This document shows, piece by piece, positions 33,780 through 45,046 of a stretch of DNA of 64,000 nucleotides. Below the pieces are notes generated by a model, which made no database searches, was not told the DNA's origin, and was given only the letters and a program-made list of their open reading frames with translations. Each line of letters opens with the position of its first letter. Position 1 is the stretch's first letter. Source of the DNA: Blastocladiella emersonii ATCC 22665 (taxonomy: Eukaryota > Fungi > Blastocladiomycota); assembly GCA_025594325.1 (NCBI GenBank), contig JANHCV010000004.1, forward strand, positions 1,922,001 to 1,986,000, read 5' to 3'. A program made the position numbers and the translations under genes.

Positions 33780-34505
33780 TCAGTAATCGTTCTCGGGGTC
33801 CCAGCCGCCGTGCGGGACACAGTACTGGCGCTGGCAGTCCGACTCGCTGTGGCCGTCGTCGTCCCAGTGCGAGTCGTCGTCGCGGTCGCAGAGCTGAGAG
33901 GACGGCATCCGCAAGCTAAGGTCGTGGTCCAGGGAATGGCTGATGCACCAGTCCCGCGCACCCCGCTGCCGCTTGGACGTGGCCCACACGACCGACTCGG
34001 GATCGAGCTCAAAGTCGTCGCAATTCTCGTACCACCACATCAAAACGCTAGTGCGTCCGGTCCGCAGGGCGTGGCTCAGAGCGCTTTCGTATCGCAGCTC
34101 CAAACCCGAGTCCTTCCACCAGTTTAGAACTCGGAAACCGCGCTTGGCGCTCGCCGCGTCGAGTGCCGCAGCCGAGTACTTGATCTCAAGGCCCGAATCG
34201 ACCCACCGCTGCAGCGTCGTGACATGGCCGCCGGCTGCCGCGCGATCCATGGCGTGTTTCGTGTAGCGAAGCGGAAGGCCCGACTTTTTCCACCAGTCGA
34301 GGCCCTTGGGGCAGCCGCGCGCCGAGAGTTGGTTCATTGAGCACCAGGGAAGCTGAGGAATGATGGCGCGGCGGAGCAGCTCGGTCGGGTGGACAACAGA
34401 AAGGTAGGCAAGAAGCTGGTGCGGATCATCGTGTTCGAGCTGCGCAACCTCGACGAGGATGAGTTCGATGAGCTCTGCAGGAAGTCGCTTCATGGTGTGA
34501 TACAT
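33780..34505 (-). CDS. F-box-like/ankyrin-repeat protein paralog 3 (intact)
   Basis: Starts MYHTMKRLPAELIELIL; same ankyrin units and DDSHWDDDGHSESDC tail as paralog 2. Confidence 0.8.
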   Translation of the reverse strand: MYHTMKRLPAELIELILVEVAQLEHDDPHQLLAYLSVVHPTELLRRAIIPQLPWCSMNQLSARGCPKGLDWWKKSGLPLRYTKHAMDRAAAGGHVTTLQRWVDSGLEIKYSAAALDAASAKRGFRVLNWWKDSGLELRYESALSHALRTGRTSVLMWWYENCDDFELDPESVVWATSKRQRGARDWCISHSLDHDLSLRMPSSQLCDRDDDSHWDDDGHSESDCQRQYCVPHGGWDPENDY

Positions 34506-34864
34506 GGGTCGTGAGTTGTTGAGCAGCAGTGGGAGAGGGTGTTGCGCGACGACGTGGAGCCAGGCCAGCACCCCGTTTCTGGCGCTTCCTTTTCCTGTCC
34601 TGTCACCCATGCCGCACGTGTGCGGCGCAACGCGAAGTTCGCGCCGAGCACGAGCTACGACGTAATCCCTGGCTGCGAGGTGCTAACGATGACCGTGAGC
34701 AGGACCGAGAGGCCTGCGTCGCCGCCAATGCAAGCGTTCAGTGAGGGCTCAGCATCGTTGCAAAGCTACGCCGTGTATCAATTGAGGCACGAAGATGTAT
34801 TGGACTATTGATACGGGATCAAGCCCGCATCGTACCATCAACTAGGCACGTCGAAAGGCAGCGC

Positions 34865-35586
34865 TTAGTCCTCGCAGTCGGAATCCGAGTCCCCGTGAAG
34901 CGAGCAGCCGGCGTCCTCGCTCTCCGACTCGCTGTGATCATCGCCATCCCAATCCGCCTCGTCCTCGTCATCGTCGACAGGGGACGGACAAGATCTGTGA
35001 CGCGGGCGTAGATTGATTCCTTGGGCGCGGCACCAGTCGAAGGCCCAGTTTTTCATGCGATCCACGCTCTCCACAATAAACTCCTTGTCGATTTCAAAGT
35101 TGAAGTCATTATCCTGCCACCATTCAAGAACATCGCCGCGATCGGCCAGAAGCGCGCCCTCGAACGCGTGCCCGTGCTTGACCTCCAAGCCCGAGTCCGA
35201 CCACCAGTACAGTACTTTGAGATTCCCTCGAGCGCTGGCGACATCGAGCGCATCCTCTGTGAACAAAACTTCGTATCCAGAGTCGAGCCACCACTGCAGG
35301 ACTTCGATGTGGCCCTCGGCTGCCGCGACGTCCATGGCATTCTCCGAGTACTCGAGGGACAGGCCCGAGTTGAGCCACCAGTCGAGTCCGCGAACGCAAG
35401 CGCGTTCCGAGAGATCGTCGAGCACCACGGCAGCTCCGGAATGATGACGCGGCGCAGTTGCTCAGATGGGCGGATCACGGAGAGATAGTCCAGCAATCCG
35501 TGCGGGTCGTCGTAATCGAGTCGCGCAACCGCGACAAGGATCATTTCAATAAGCTCTGCAGGAAGTCGTTGCATGATGTGATACAT
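34865..35586 (-). pseudogene. F-box-like/ankyrin-repeat paralog 4 (frameshifted)
   Basis: The N-terminus lies in ORF 35053-35610 and the remainder in ORF 34865-35428; the frameshift at about 35420 falls at PWCS(M)DDLS by comparison with paralogs. Confidence 0.75.
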
Positions 35587-36714
35587 GGTTCGTGTGTGCG
35601 TAAGGGTCAACGGGAGAAGCGTGCGACGGTCTCACGGATCGGCAACCGGCGCAAGCTTGCTCATCATTTGATCCGCGCGTGTGTGGCGCAACGCGACCCC
35701 GTTCAAAATACCATTAGGCACGCCCGCAAATCCGGCGGCGATCCCAGTCGTGCGCCACAAAATACTCACATGATCTCAGCCCACCTCTGACCGGCCTTTC
35801 GATTTTTTTCTCCTCCCCTCCGTCGCCCACCCCCGACCTCGGCGCTCTTCCCCTCAGCTCCCTCCCTCCCAATACAGAATTCTCCAAAATGCTCGGCACC
35901 CCATGCATCTGACTCGCGGCACCCACCACCGTCTGCCGCTTCAGCCGGCGCTGCCGGCCTCGCCGTCGACCCGCCCCTCTACCTCTCGCCGTCCCCCTAC
36001 GCTGTGTCGCTCCCTGTTGGCTCTCCTCCCACGAGCATCGTCCCTACCGCCTCCTCCCATGTCGCTCCATCCGCCCCTGACGCCGCTGATGCAGCTTCCG
36101 ATCCTTGCTCGCCGCCCCTCCCTTGCTCTACCCTGCCCTCTGAGCGCCGCCGCCGCAGTCGGCTACCACTGCTCCTTCCCCCATGGCTTTGCCCCGACCT
36201 TCGCCTACTACCCTATCGGCCTTTCCGCTCTCCCGCAGTGCGGCATCGTTCCACACGGCCACTACATGTCGCACGGTCCTGCGCCTCGCCGTCCCCGTCA
36301 ACCTACCGTTTCCGCCAACAAGTACTTTCAGTTCTGATGGCATGGGCAGCATCATGCCAGTTCTAACGTTCTCCATGGTTTGCGTAGCCTGGGCGCTCCG
36401 GAACTCAACCGCAACCCACGCGGCGGACGCCCACGCACGTCCCGATCGTCGCAGCCATCCGCGTCCCAGCCCGTCGTCGATCCCTCCCCGTCTTCCACGC
36501 CGCTGTCGGTCGCGGGCTCGCCCGCGTGCCGCTCCCCGAGACGCCCGCGCCCGCGCCCTCTGTCCACCCCGAGGTGCTGCCGCTGCCCGAGTCGCCCCCG
36601 CTGTCACCGCTTCACTTTCCCGACGTGCCGCCGCCCGAGATCCCCCTGTCGCCGATCATTCTCCCCGACCTGCCGCCGCTAGATCCCCTTGCGCCGATCC
36701 CGGACGTCGTGTAG

Positions 36715-37700
36715 GCCGCCCTCAACGCGCGCCCGATCCGTTTCGCGTGGAAGCGGTGCGAAAACTGCACGTCCCCGCTGCTGCACCGCGTCCGCGCCAA
36801 CACCAAGGGTCCGCGCCGACGGCTCCATGACCATCAACCAGAAGTCGGTCGAGCCCGACTCCATGTGCTGCAGCAAGGACGGCGACGTGCGCGCCTTCTT
36901 CGTGGATCAGGGTGTCGTGCCCGACTGCCCGCCCGCGCTCCTCGAGCTCATCGCCCGCGAGGCGGACCTGCGCCGGTTCGCGCGCGCTCACAACTCGCGG
37001 CTCGCCATGACTGCCGTGCTCACGCCGCCGGGCGCCTGCACCAACCCGTGCGACGTGCACAACTCGCGCCTCAGGTTCTCGGTGCTGCGCGGCGCAACGT
37101 GGTACGTCGCTCGCCGCCATAGCTGCAGCCGCCGGTGGCCCTGATGCTACTTCATCATCGTCTGCCGCCGCGGGCGATGGCGCGGACGCCGCGCTGGGCG
37201 AGAGCTTCCTCGCCAACGGACTCGAGTCGCGCCGCGAAATCGAGGACGTGGCGCGCAGCGTCGGCACCGGTCTGCCGTCGTACTACATCCACGACTCGAA
37301 CGCACTCACACTCACGGAGAACCACATCTTTGTAGCTACATGGTGCGCCTGGTCAAGGCGCTCGGCGACATCCTCCAGGAGTCGAACCCGCTGGTCCGCG
37401 GCTACGTCAAGATCCGCAACATCATCAAGGACACGCGGTCCGCGGTCGAGACGCCCATCGTGCGCATCGACACGTCGCTTGGGTCCGATCCTTGACTCGG
37501 CCGCCCTCCTCGTGCCGTTTGCCCGTGCCAAGCAGAACCACCTGCCCTATGTGTTCGCGCTCAAGCTCGATGCTGGCCACCACAACGGCCGCTTCTACGA
37601 CGAGTGCATGAACGTCCTGTCGGCCGAGTACGAGCCGCTCGCGTTCCCGCTGCTGTTCCCGTTTGGGCAGCCCGGCTGGTCGCCCGAGCTCAAGAAGAAG
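36715..37700 (+). mobile_element. Degenerate Helitron Rep/helicase N-terminal fragment
   Basis: CENC...CCSKDG zinc-type motif, RRFARAHNSRLAMT, SYYIHD, ILQESNPLVRGYV and YEPLAFPLLFPFGQPGW (Helitron YDPLxYPLLFPxGExGW pattern) spread across shifted frames. No PIF1 helicase domain is seen. Confidence 0.65.
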
Positions 37701-38122
37701 TATGTCCTCTTCCTCGCCCGCCGCATCGCAGAGTGCGCTGTGCAAGCCGCCGCCGCGTCCGTCGCCTCGACGCGTCCTCGCCGCAGCCGTTGTCGCGACG
37801 TTCCCCATCCCCTGTAGTGGCTGCCCCAAAGCCAGCGCACCTCGCGGCTGCAACGACCGTCGTGATCTCCCGTACGGCATCGGCTGCCTCGCCGCGGGCG
37901 ACGTCCAATCAACGTCCGCATCCAGCCTTCCCTGTGTTTCTTGATACCCCCTTTACTGCTTTCTGCGGCTCCCAAGTCTCGACCATTCTCTCATAGCGCA
38001 CTCCCCGTGATACGTTGCTACTCTATGTCCACTATCAGCTTTCCCACGTGCATCGCACTCACGCGTTCAGCCACTCACATGACCGCGATTCCTGTGGCAC
38101 GTTCCACTCCCGCTGCCCCAAC

Positions 38123-39290
38123 TATGGCGGCTCAAGCCCGGACACTCCTGTTCACCGTTCGTCGTTCGTCGAAACGCGTGCGCCACACCCCCGCGCGCCA
38201 AATTTGGCGTGTCTCCTGTCTCAACGCCGACACGTGAGCTGCGCGCGTCCCTTTTTTTCTCAGAGTCCACGAAGCGAGCGACCCCTGCCGTCAAAGCACA
38301 CTAAGGGAAACGAGGAATACGTGTACGGCCAGTTGCATGGCTATGAAATGTTCGACTCAGCTCAGGGTTTACGTTGACGGGCGGTTTCGTGGCAAGAAAA
38401 AGCAGAGAGCAGAGGCAGGACTTGGGCACCGCGCGTCGGACTCGCCCGTGCCCTGCTTAGACTCAGGATCGGCGGCCAGAGGGAGACCAGCGAAAAGCAA
38501 CCAGCTGGTACATGAGGATGATTTTCGTGTATTTCAACTCACTCGCGCGAGCAATGAGAGACCCCGCGCGGCGCCGATCCGGTCGCTTCGTGAGGATGGC
38601 GGGGGACAATACGCACGCGGGTACATGCGCCTTGCGCACGTACGCGGGTACGCGCGCACGCACGCGGGTACGCGCGCACGCACGCAGGCACGCAAACACG
38701 CGGCGAACGGATAGCGCGGGAACTTGCTTGCGGGATGACGGACGTGCGGCCAGACGGCGTGGAAAGCGTGTAGAAGGATGACGAACGGCGCCTGTGCCAG
38801 ATCGCTCACAAGGAAGGAAGGAAGCCCGAGGTGAGCAAGGGTCCGACGGGCGCGGGGTCCGCGAAGGGCCCGCGAACGCGACGGCGACCTTATACCACGT
38901 AGCTACAGCAAGCACGCGGCGAGCGATTTCGCGGGGATCTCAGGCAGGCGGTAGCCGCGGCCGCCAGTACGCACCCCAGTTAGCTGCTGTAGACCACCGT
39001 CCCGACCCGGTTTTCAGCGGCGCGGGGCACGAAGCGAGTGCGTCATGGGTGTGAGAGTGCATTGCATGAGGTCTAGATAGGTCAAGAGATCGAGCTGCGT
39101 CGTAATATACGCTCGCGAGCAGCTCGACAGCAGGCCCGAAAGCGTCGGTTGTTTGGCTGGCGGCCCACGTGTTATTCTGCCGCGACTCTCGGCGTCGGAG
39201 ACACGCCAAATTTGGCGCGCGGGGGTGTGGCGCACGCGTTTCGACGAACGACGAACGGTGAACAGGAGTGTCCGGGCTTGAGCCGCCATA
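38123..39290. mobile_element. MITE-like non-autonomous TIR element (1168 bp)
   Basis: 94-bp inverted repeats at 38123-38216 and 39197-39290, identical by eye. Flanked by the direct repeat CCCAAC (38117-38122 and 39291-39296), a putative 6-bp TSD. Confidence 0.85.
38610..38702. repeat. Short minisatellite (GCACGCACGCGGGTACGCGC-like units) inside the TIR element
   Basis: Two to three near-identical ~20-bp units rich in alternating purine-pyrimidine. Confidence 0.6.
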
Positions 39291-39558
39291 CCCAACCAGC
39301 CTTCCCCATGTGCCGTTGCTATTCACTGCGATCCACAAGTCTCGAGGACCCTCGCGACGCCCGATCCCCCTTACAGCAACCTCCTGTCGGGGGCGTCGCG
39401 CGAAAAAAACTTGTCTCTGCCTCGTCCGACCCGCAACCAGCATTCCTGCCGCAACGCTCACAGAGTAAGTCAAATTCGGCCACAGGTTGCGCAAAAAGGT
39501 TCTACATCTATTGAGGAACAAAAATTCAGGCAATCCGTTGCAGGACGCGGCTACGCGT

Positions 39559-42500
39559 CTACGCGGCCGTTGTGCCGGCGGCTGTCATAGTAGTCCCCGA
39601 GCACATCTCGAGAAGCGTACGTAGCGTCTGCCGCCAGTAGTGGCAGTCGACGGGAACGACGCTGTTGCAGGGTACGTGTACGACGGCGCCGACCTGTTCG
39701 TCGCACTTGGGCACGGGGTCGGTGAACGGGACGACGTTGACGGGCCACTGGGACACGGCGTCGAGCGACAGCTCGTAGTTGAGGTAGCTCATACCAAGCC
39801 CCGGCGCGGAGACGGCGACGGCAGGCACGCTGCGGCGCGCGCCGACGATGCTGGCGATCCCGCCGCCGAGACTGTGGCCCGTGACGACGACCTGGCGGCC
39901 CTGCGCCTGCAGCGCGCCGACGTACGCGTCGACCTCGGTGTAGTACAGCGCCGCGTTGAAGGCGAGGTACCGCGAAACGAACCGCACGAGCTCGGCCGTC
40001 ACGGCGCGCGGCCACAGACCGACCATGGTGCCGACGTACGTTGACGACTGGAGGAGAATTGGTGTGCTCCAGAGGTGAATGTCCTCCCACACATCAGAGG
40101 TCGTAGACGTGCCGCGGACCGCGACCACGCTGACGTTGGGCGCGGACTTGAACCGGAACTCGATGGCGCGGACGCCGACGGTATCCGTGAAGTTGGCGGC
40201 GGCGAGGACCGCGTCGTCGCGCAGGCGGGCGTTGCGCGAGATGAGGTTGGCGACGTCGGCGTCCGAGTTGAAGTAGGCCGCGCCGGACATGGTGACCATA
40301 TCGACGAGCGAGAACTGGCCGTCGCCGCCGTACCGCGCGGTGCACACGGGGAACGCGCGCGTGGCGTTGGGGAAGTTGATATTCTCGATATGGTTGACGC
40401 CCGACGCGCGGTCCGTCTCCTGCTGCTGCTGGAGCCCGACGAGGTACCCGAGGACGACGCTGACGAGGACGGTGCCGACGACGAGCGCGAGCGTCAGCAT
40501 CGCTTTCGTCGTGGCGCGCCGGAACCGCCGCCGCCCGCGCATGCTGCCACGGTTCGTCCAGAACGCGCGCCCGTCGCACATGTCGATCGACAGGTACGAC
40601 AGGACGACCAGCGTCGTCGCCGACACGGGCATGTTGAACTGGAGCACGGCGAGCGCCGCGATCGCGACGCGCCCGAGCAGCGACAGCGACAGCAGGACCG
40701 ACGCGAACCACGACGGGATCGGCGTCACGATCAGCGCCACGTCTTTTGAAAAGTACGTGATGAGGTACGCGATCAGGAGGTTGAGCCACCGCGCATCGGG
40801 CGGCGGCGGCGGCCCGCTGCTCAGGTCGATCCCGCGCTCGGCCGCCTCGTTGGCGACATCGAGCGACGCGACGGCGAGGAGACCGACGATGGTCACGACC
40901 AGCCGCGTGAACATGACGCCGAGCGGCGTCCGGTAGTTGCGCCCGTCAAAGTGCTCGTACACGGGCGTCAGGTCGATGGGGTCCGCGGACTTCGCGGCGC
41001 CGCCCTTACCCCGGCGCCGCGAGCAGCACCCCTTGAACAGGTGGCGCAGACGCAGGAACAGCAGGCCGCCGATCACGACCATGAGGATGTTGACGAGGAC
41101 CATGCGGCGGAGCTACGGGACCGGGGAAGCGTCAGTAGACGCGCCAAAAGCTGACCGAAATCGAGTCGAAGCGTACCCCGTTGAGGAAAATGATCCCAAC
41201 AAGCAACAACAGCGCGAGCCGGAGCACCTGCTCAATGATCGAGTCGGCGAGGTTGATCTCCGCGTCCTGGCCGACAGACGCGACGTACATGGCGAGTCGG
41301 CGGTCGTTGGGGACGGGCGCCTTGGCGAGGATGAGCAGGAACCGCATGGTGCGGTGCAGGCGCGCCGTCAGGTTGACGAGGAACACGACGGCGACGGCGG
41401 ACGCGATCGACGCGACCGACAGCGACGAGACCACGCCGTAGTAGCCGTAGTTGAGCGCCGCGAGAATTACCGGGATCACGATGATCACGGTGAGGAAGAC
41501 CATGTGCAGCAGGTACCGGATGTAGTCGCCCAGGTTCGCGCGCGTCTCGGCCAGCGACGCCGCCGTGTCCGCGGCAGGGACGGGCGGGGGCGGTGGCGGA
41601 GGTGGCGAAGACGGCGGGATGGCGCGGTCCGTGTCGGGGACGAGGGTGACGGTCGAGGGCGACTGGGCACGCGCGCCATCGTTGGTGGTGGTCGACGTGG
41701 GCGAAGCGAGATCCAGCGGCTCCACTTGCGGCTCCGGCTCCGGCTGAGGTTGCTGCTGCTGCCACGGCGGCGTGATAGTAGCGAGCGAGCTGAGCGATGG
41801 GATGAGGGAGTAGACCCACATGATGGCCGAAACGGTCCCGTCAACAATCACGTCGAGCAGCGTAGACGCAAACTGGCGCGGCGACGCGACAAACAGGAGC
41901 CCCCAGCTCTCGGCCGACTTGGGCCGACGGCGCGCCGACTTGGTCGCAAGCGGCGCGGTCCACAGCCAGACGAGGATCCGCAGCGCCGTCCGCAGAATCG
42001 TGCGCGAGAACCCGAGGAAGGCGAAGACGTAGAAGATCATGGCGGCGGCCGTGACGTTGAACGGCGCGGGGCTGTGGAAGGCGAGGTAGCCGACACTCAT
42101 CAGCACGCACAGCATGATGGTGAAGAAGAGCGCGAGCCCGCCGAGCAGCGCTACCGTCAGCAGCGCGTGCACGAGCCGCCGCCACACGGACACGCGGTGG
42201 AACCGGTTCGCGGCGGGCGGGCCCAGGGTCTCGCTGTGTACGAAGGACGCAAAGATGCGCGATGTCGACAGCTCGGGCGCCGACGCGTCGGGACCGCGCG
42301 ACCGGTCGAGGTCCGAGTCGAGGTATGGCGGCTCGCCGTCCGCGGCTGGAGGGAGCGGTGGAGGAAGACCGACGTGCCGCTGCTGCTGCCCTGCGGCTGC
42401 CCGCTCAGTGGCGCGCGACATGACCGACAGCGAGCGCTTGTTCAAGAGCAGCGCGCTCCGCTTGGCCTCGAGCGTGGCGGCGTCGTCGTCGGTTTGGGCG

Positions 42501-42703
42501 GTGCCCGATGCGGCTCCGTTGACGGTCAACTGCGACGCCGCGTCGCCGAGCTGGGATGAGCTTGGGCGCAGATCCTCGCCGTCGTCATGGACATGGATGA
42601 GGGTGTCGGTGGGCAGGGCGAGCGGCGTCGCCGGCGAAGCGGGCTCGGGCGACGCTGTCCGCTCGGTCCCGCGCGGCGACAGCTCGATTCCGGGCGAGTT
42701 CAT
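39559..42703 (-). CDS. Multi-pass membrane protein with a C-terminal class 3 lipase (alpha/beta hydrolase) domain, ~1033 aa
   Basis: Exons 42703-41156 and 41112-39559, joined by a 43-nt phase-0 GT..ACTGAC..TAG intron. Many hydrophobic segments; lipase motifs VAVRGTS, VVVTGHSLGGG and SAPG. Confidence 0.8.
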
Positions 42704-43060
42704 GGTGATGAGGCCCGGAGCGCAAGAGCGGGAGCAAGGTAGCAAGGGTTGGTGGTGATGGCGGGTTGTTCTTTGAGGCGCGGAGACAGTAGACTTGGAG
42801 GAGCTCAAGGACGTCACGCTCGAGCAGGGCACTGCTTCATGGCATTCGGGCGAGGGCGTTTGCACCGAGTCGACCTCAAGGGAGAGAAGAACAGACAAGC
42901 GAGGGCAGGCGGGTGGCCGCGTCCGGCAGCCGTCGTCACGCTCGAGCAGCGGGTGGCGCCGCCGATCACCGGGGACGGTGTCGCTCTCTTGGGCGCGTCG
43001 CCTGCGCTTCCTCTTCATCCGCCAAGACGACAGCCTTCCATGCATCTCTGACCGCCAAGC

Positions 43061-44818
43061 ATGCCGCTCGGTGCGCACTCGGCGCAACACGCTCCGTGGA
43101 CCGCAGCGCGCGTCCAGCGCGACTCACGCGGCGCGACCGGTCTCGCTTAGAATTCTCACGACGCACGCAGCGGCTCGTGCTGGCATCCTACATCCTCGCG
43201 TTCGTGCTGGGCGTGCCCAAGTGGTGGTCGCTGACGTCGGTGCCGCGGGCGCGGCTGCCGCTGCGCGAGCTGGCCGACGTGCACGACGCCAAGTCGATCC
43301 CCGTCACGCTGCAGTTCCAGTGGCTCGCGCAGTGTCCGGGCGCGAGTGCAGCAGGGCCCGCGTTCGACGTGAGCGGTCTCAACGCGCTGGCGCAGGCCGA
43401 GTTTGGCGACGCGAGCGACGGGCACCGCGTGCTGGTCCTCGAGTCGCACTCCGCGTGGCAGATCGATTACCAGGTCACCGTGTCCGACGCGTCATCCGCG
43501 GCAGCGGCAGCGAGTGGGAGCGCGATCCAGGTGTGCGCCGTCGCGCCCGATACGGAGCTCGCGGCGCGGTCCGTGCACGTCGACGCGGCGGGGCTCGTCA
43601 AGGTCGCCGCAGTCACGGTTGAAGATGGTACGAGCGCTGTCTCAAAGCGAAACCGCACCCGCTAACAGCTCCAACGAGCGTGTAGCGGCCAAGAGCCTCG
43701 CAGCGTACGCGCAGCACCTGGCGTCGCTCATGGCGCGCCCAGGTCAGTCGATGCACTTTTCGCAGCAGTACGAGGTGCTGCTGAGCCTCATGGTGCAGAA
43801 TCCGGAGCGGACGCCGGTGCGCGCGTGGGACGTGTCGGCACCCGCGGCCGCCGTGCTGCGACCCGTGCTGACCGAGATTTTGGGGGATGCGGCGCGGTTT
43901 AAGCTCGTTTCGCAAGTCGAGTACTACGCGCAGCCCGGGTCGGGCGTCACGCTCCCGTCGCCGCCCCCGCTGCTCCCGATCCACATGCGCGTCGAGCTCG
44001 ACGCGGCGACGGGCGAGTGGGTCGAGCAGGCGGCGGCGCCGCAGCCGCCGCAGCCCGTGGCGATTCCGGTGGCGCAGCTGCCGCATTTCGTCAACCCGGA
44101 CTGGAGCCTCGCGGCCGTGACGCCCAACCACTCGGTCGTGCACCTCGTCACGTACGTGCCGGACCCGCAGACGCCCATGACGGTGCTGGGCCCGAGCGGC
44201 GACGCGTCGCGCAGCAACGATTTCGTGGTGCCGCGGTGGGGCGGCGTGGCCGTGCGCAACCTGGCGCCGGGCTCCCCCAAGGTCGACGCGGCGGCGCTCG
44301 CGCCCGTGTGGCTCGCGCACCTGCGCGAGGTGTTTGGCGTGGTCCCGCTGGCGGGGACGACGGCCAAGGTCGGCCCGCGCAAGGCCCAGCCGACGACCAT
44401 CACGTTCGCGGCGAACACGCGGGCGGCGCTGACAGCCGCCGAGCGGCTCGTGTACCACCAGTCGCAGGTCGCGGTGCACGTGGCCGAGACGGTCGAGACG
44501 CTGGCGGCGCTGGTGCGGCTGACGGACCAGCAGGCGAACCTGCCCGTGTCGCGGTCGCTGGCGCGGCGGGTGGCGGCGGCGCTCGAGCGCGTGGCTCTGG
44601 TGCGGTCGGGCGCGGGCGCGGCGCGCGACCGGTTCGCGGCGGCGTGGCAGGCGCGGCGCGACGCCGAGGCGGCCTTCTTCGACCCCGAGATGGTCGGGCT
44701 CGCCTACTTCCCCGCCGAGCACACGTACGCCGTGTACATGCCGCTGTTCGTGCCCGTGCTCACGACCGTCGTCATGATGGCCGCCAAGGAGGTGCGGCTG
44801 TGGCGCGCGGGCAAGTGA
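43061..44818 (+). CDS. PIGS: GPI transamidase subunit PIG-S/Gpi17
   Basis: Exons 43061-43070, 43151-43627 and 43686-44818. N-terminal TM plus WWSLTSVPRARLP, VPRWGGV, and C-terminal EHTYAVYMPLFVPV TM. Confidence 0.9.
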
Positions 44819-45046
44819 ATGGTCGATTACCGTGCAGTCCCACGCGACGCGCTGGCGATGGGCGGCCGGCGTGACGCACTCCTCGAAATATACAGAAAAT
44901 CCGGTCTGGGACAGCCACGCGCCTCGCTCTCTCTCCCACCGCTCCCCTCGCCGCTCGCCGAGCTCAATGAATCTCTGCTGAGCAACGCTCTCCACTTGCT
45001 GCAACCCGCACCGCCAACCCGCCCTCACACAACAGAACCGCCCGCC

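Noticed and set aside
23400-39500. Calling the island a bona fide endogenous giant virus or Starship-like element
   Set aside because: No capsid, polymerase, packaging ATPase or tyrosine-recombinase captain was recognised; kept only as a hypothesis in the findings.
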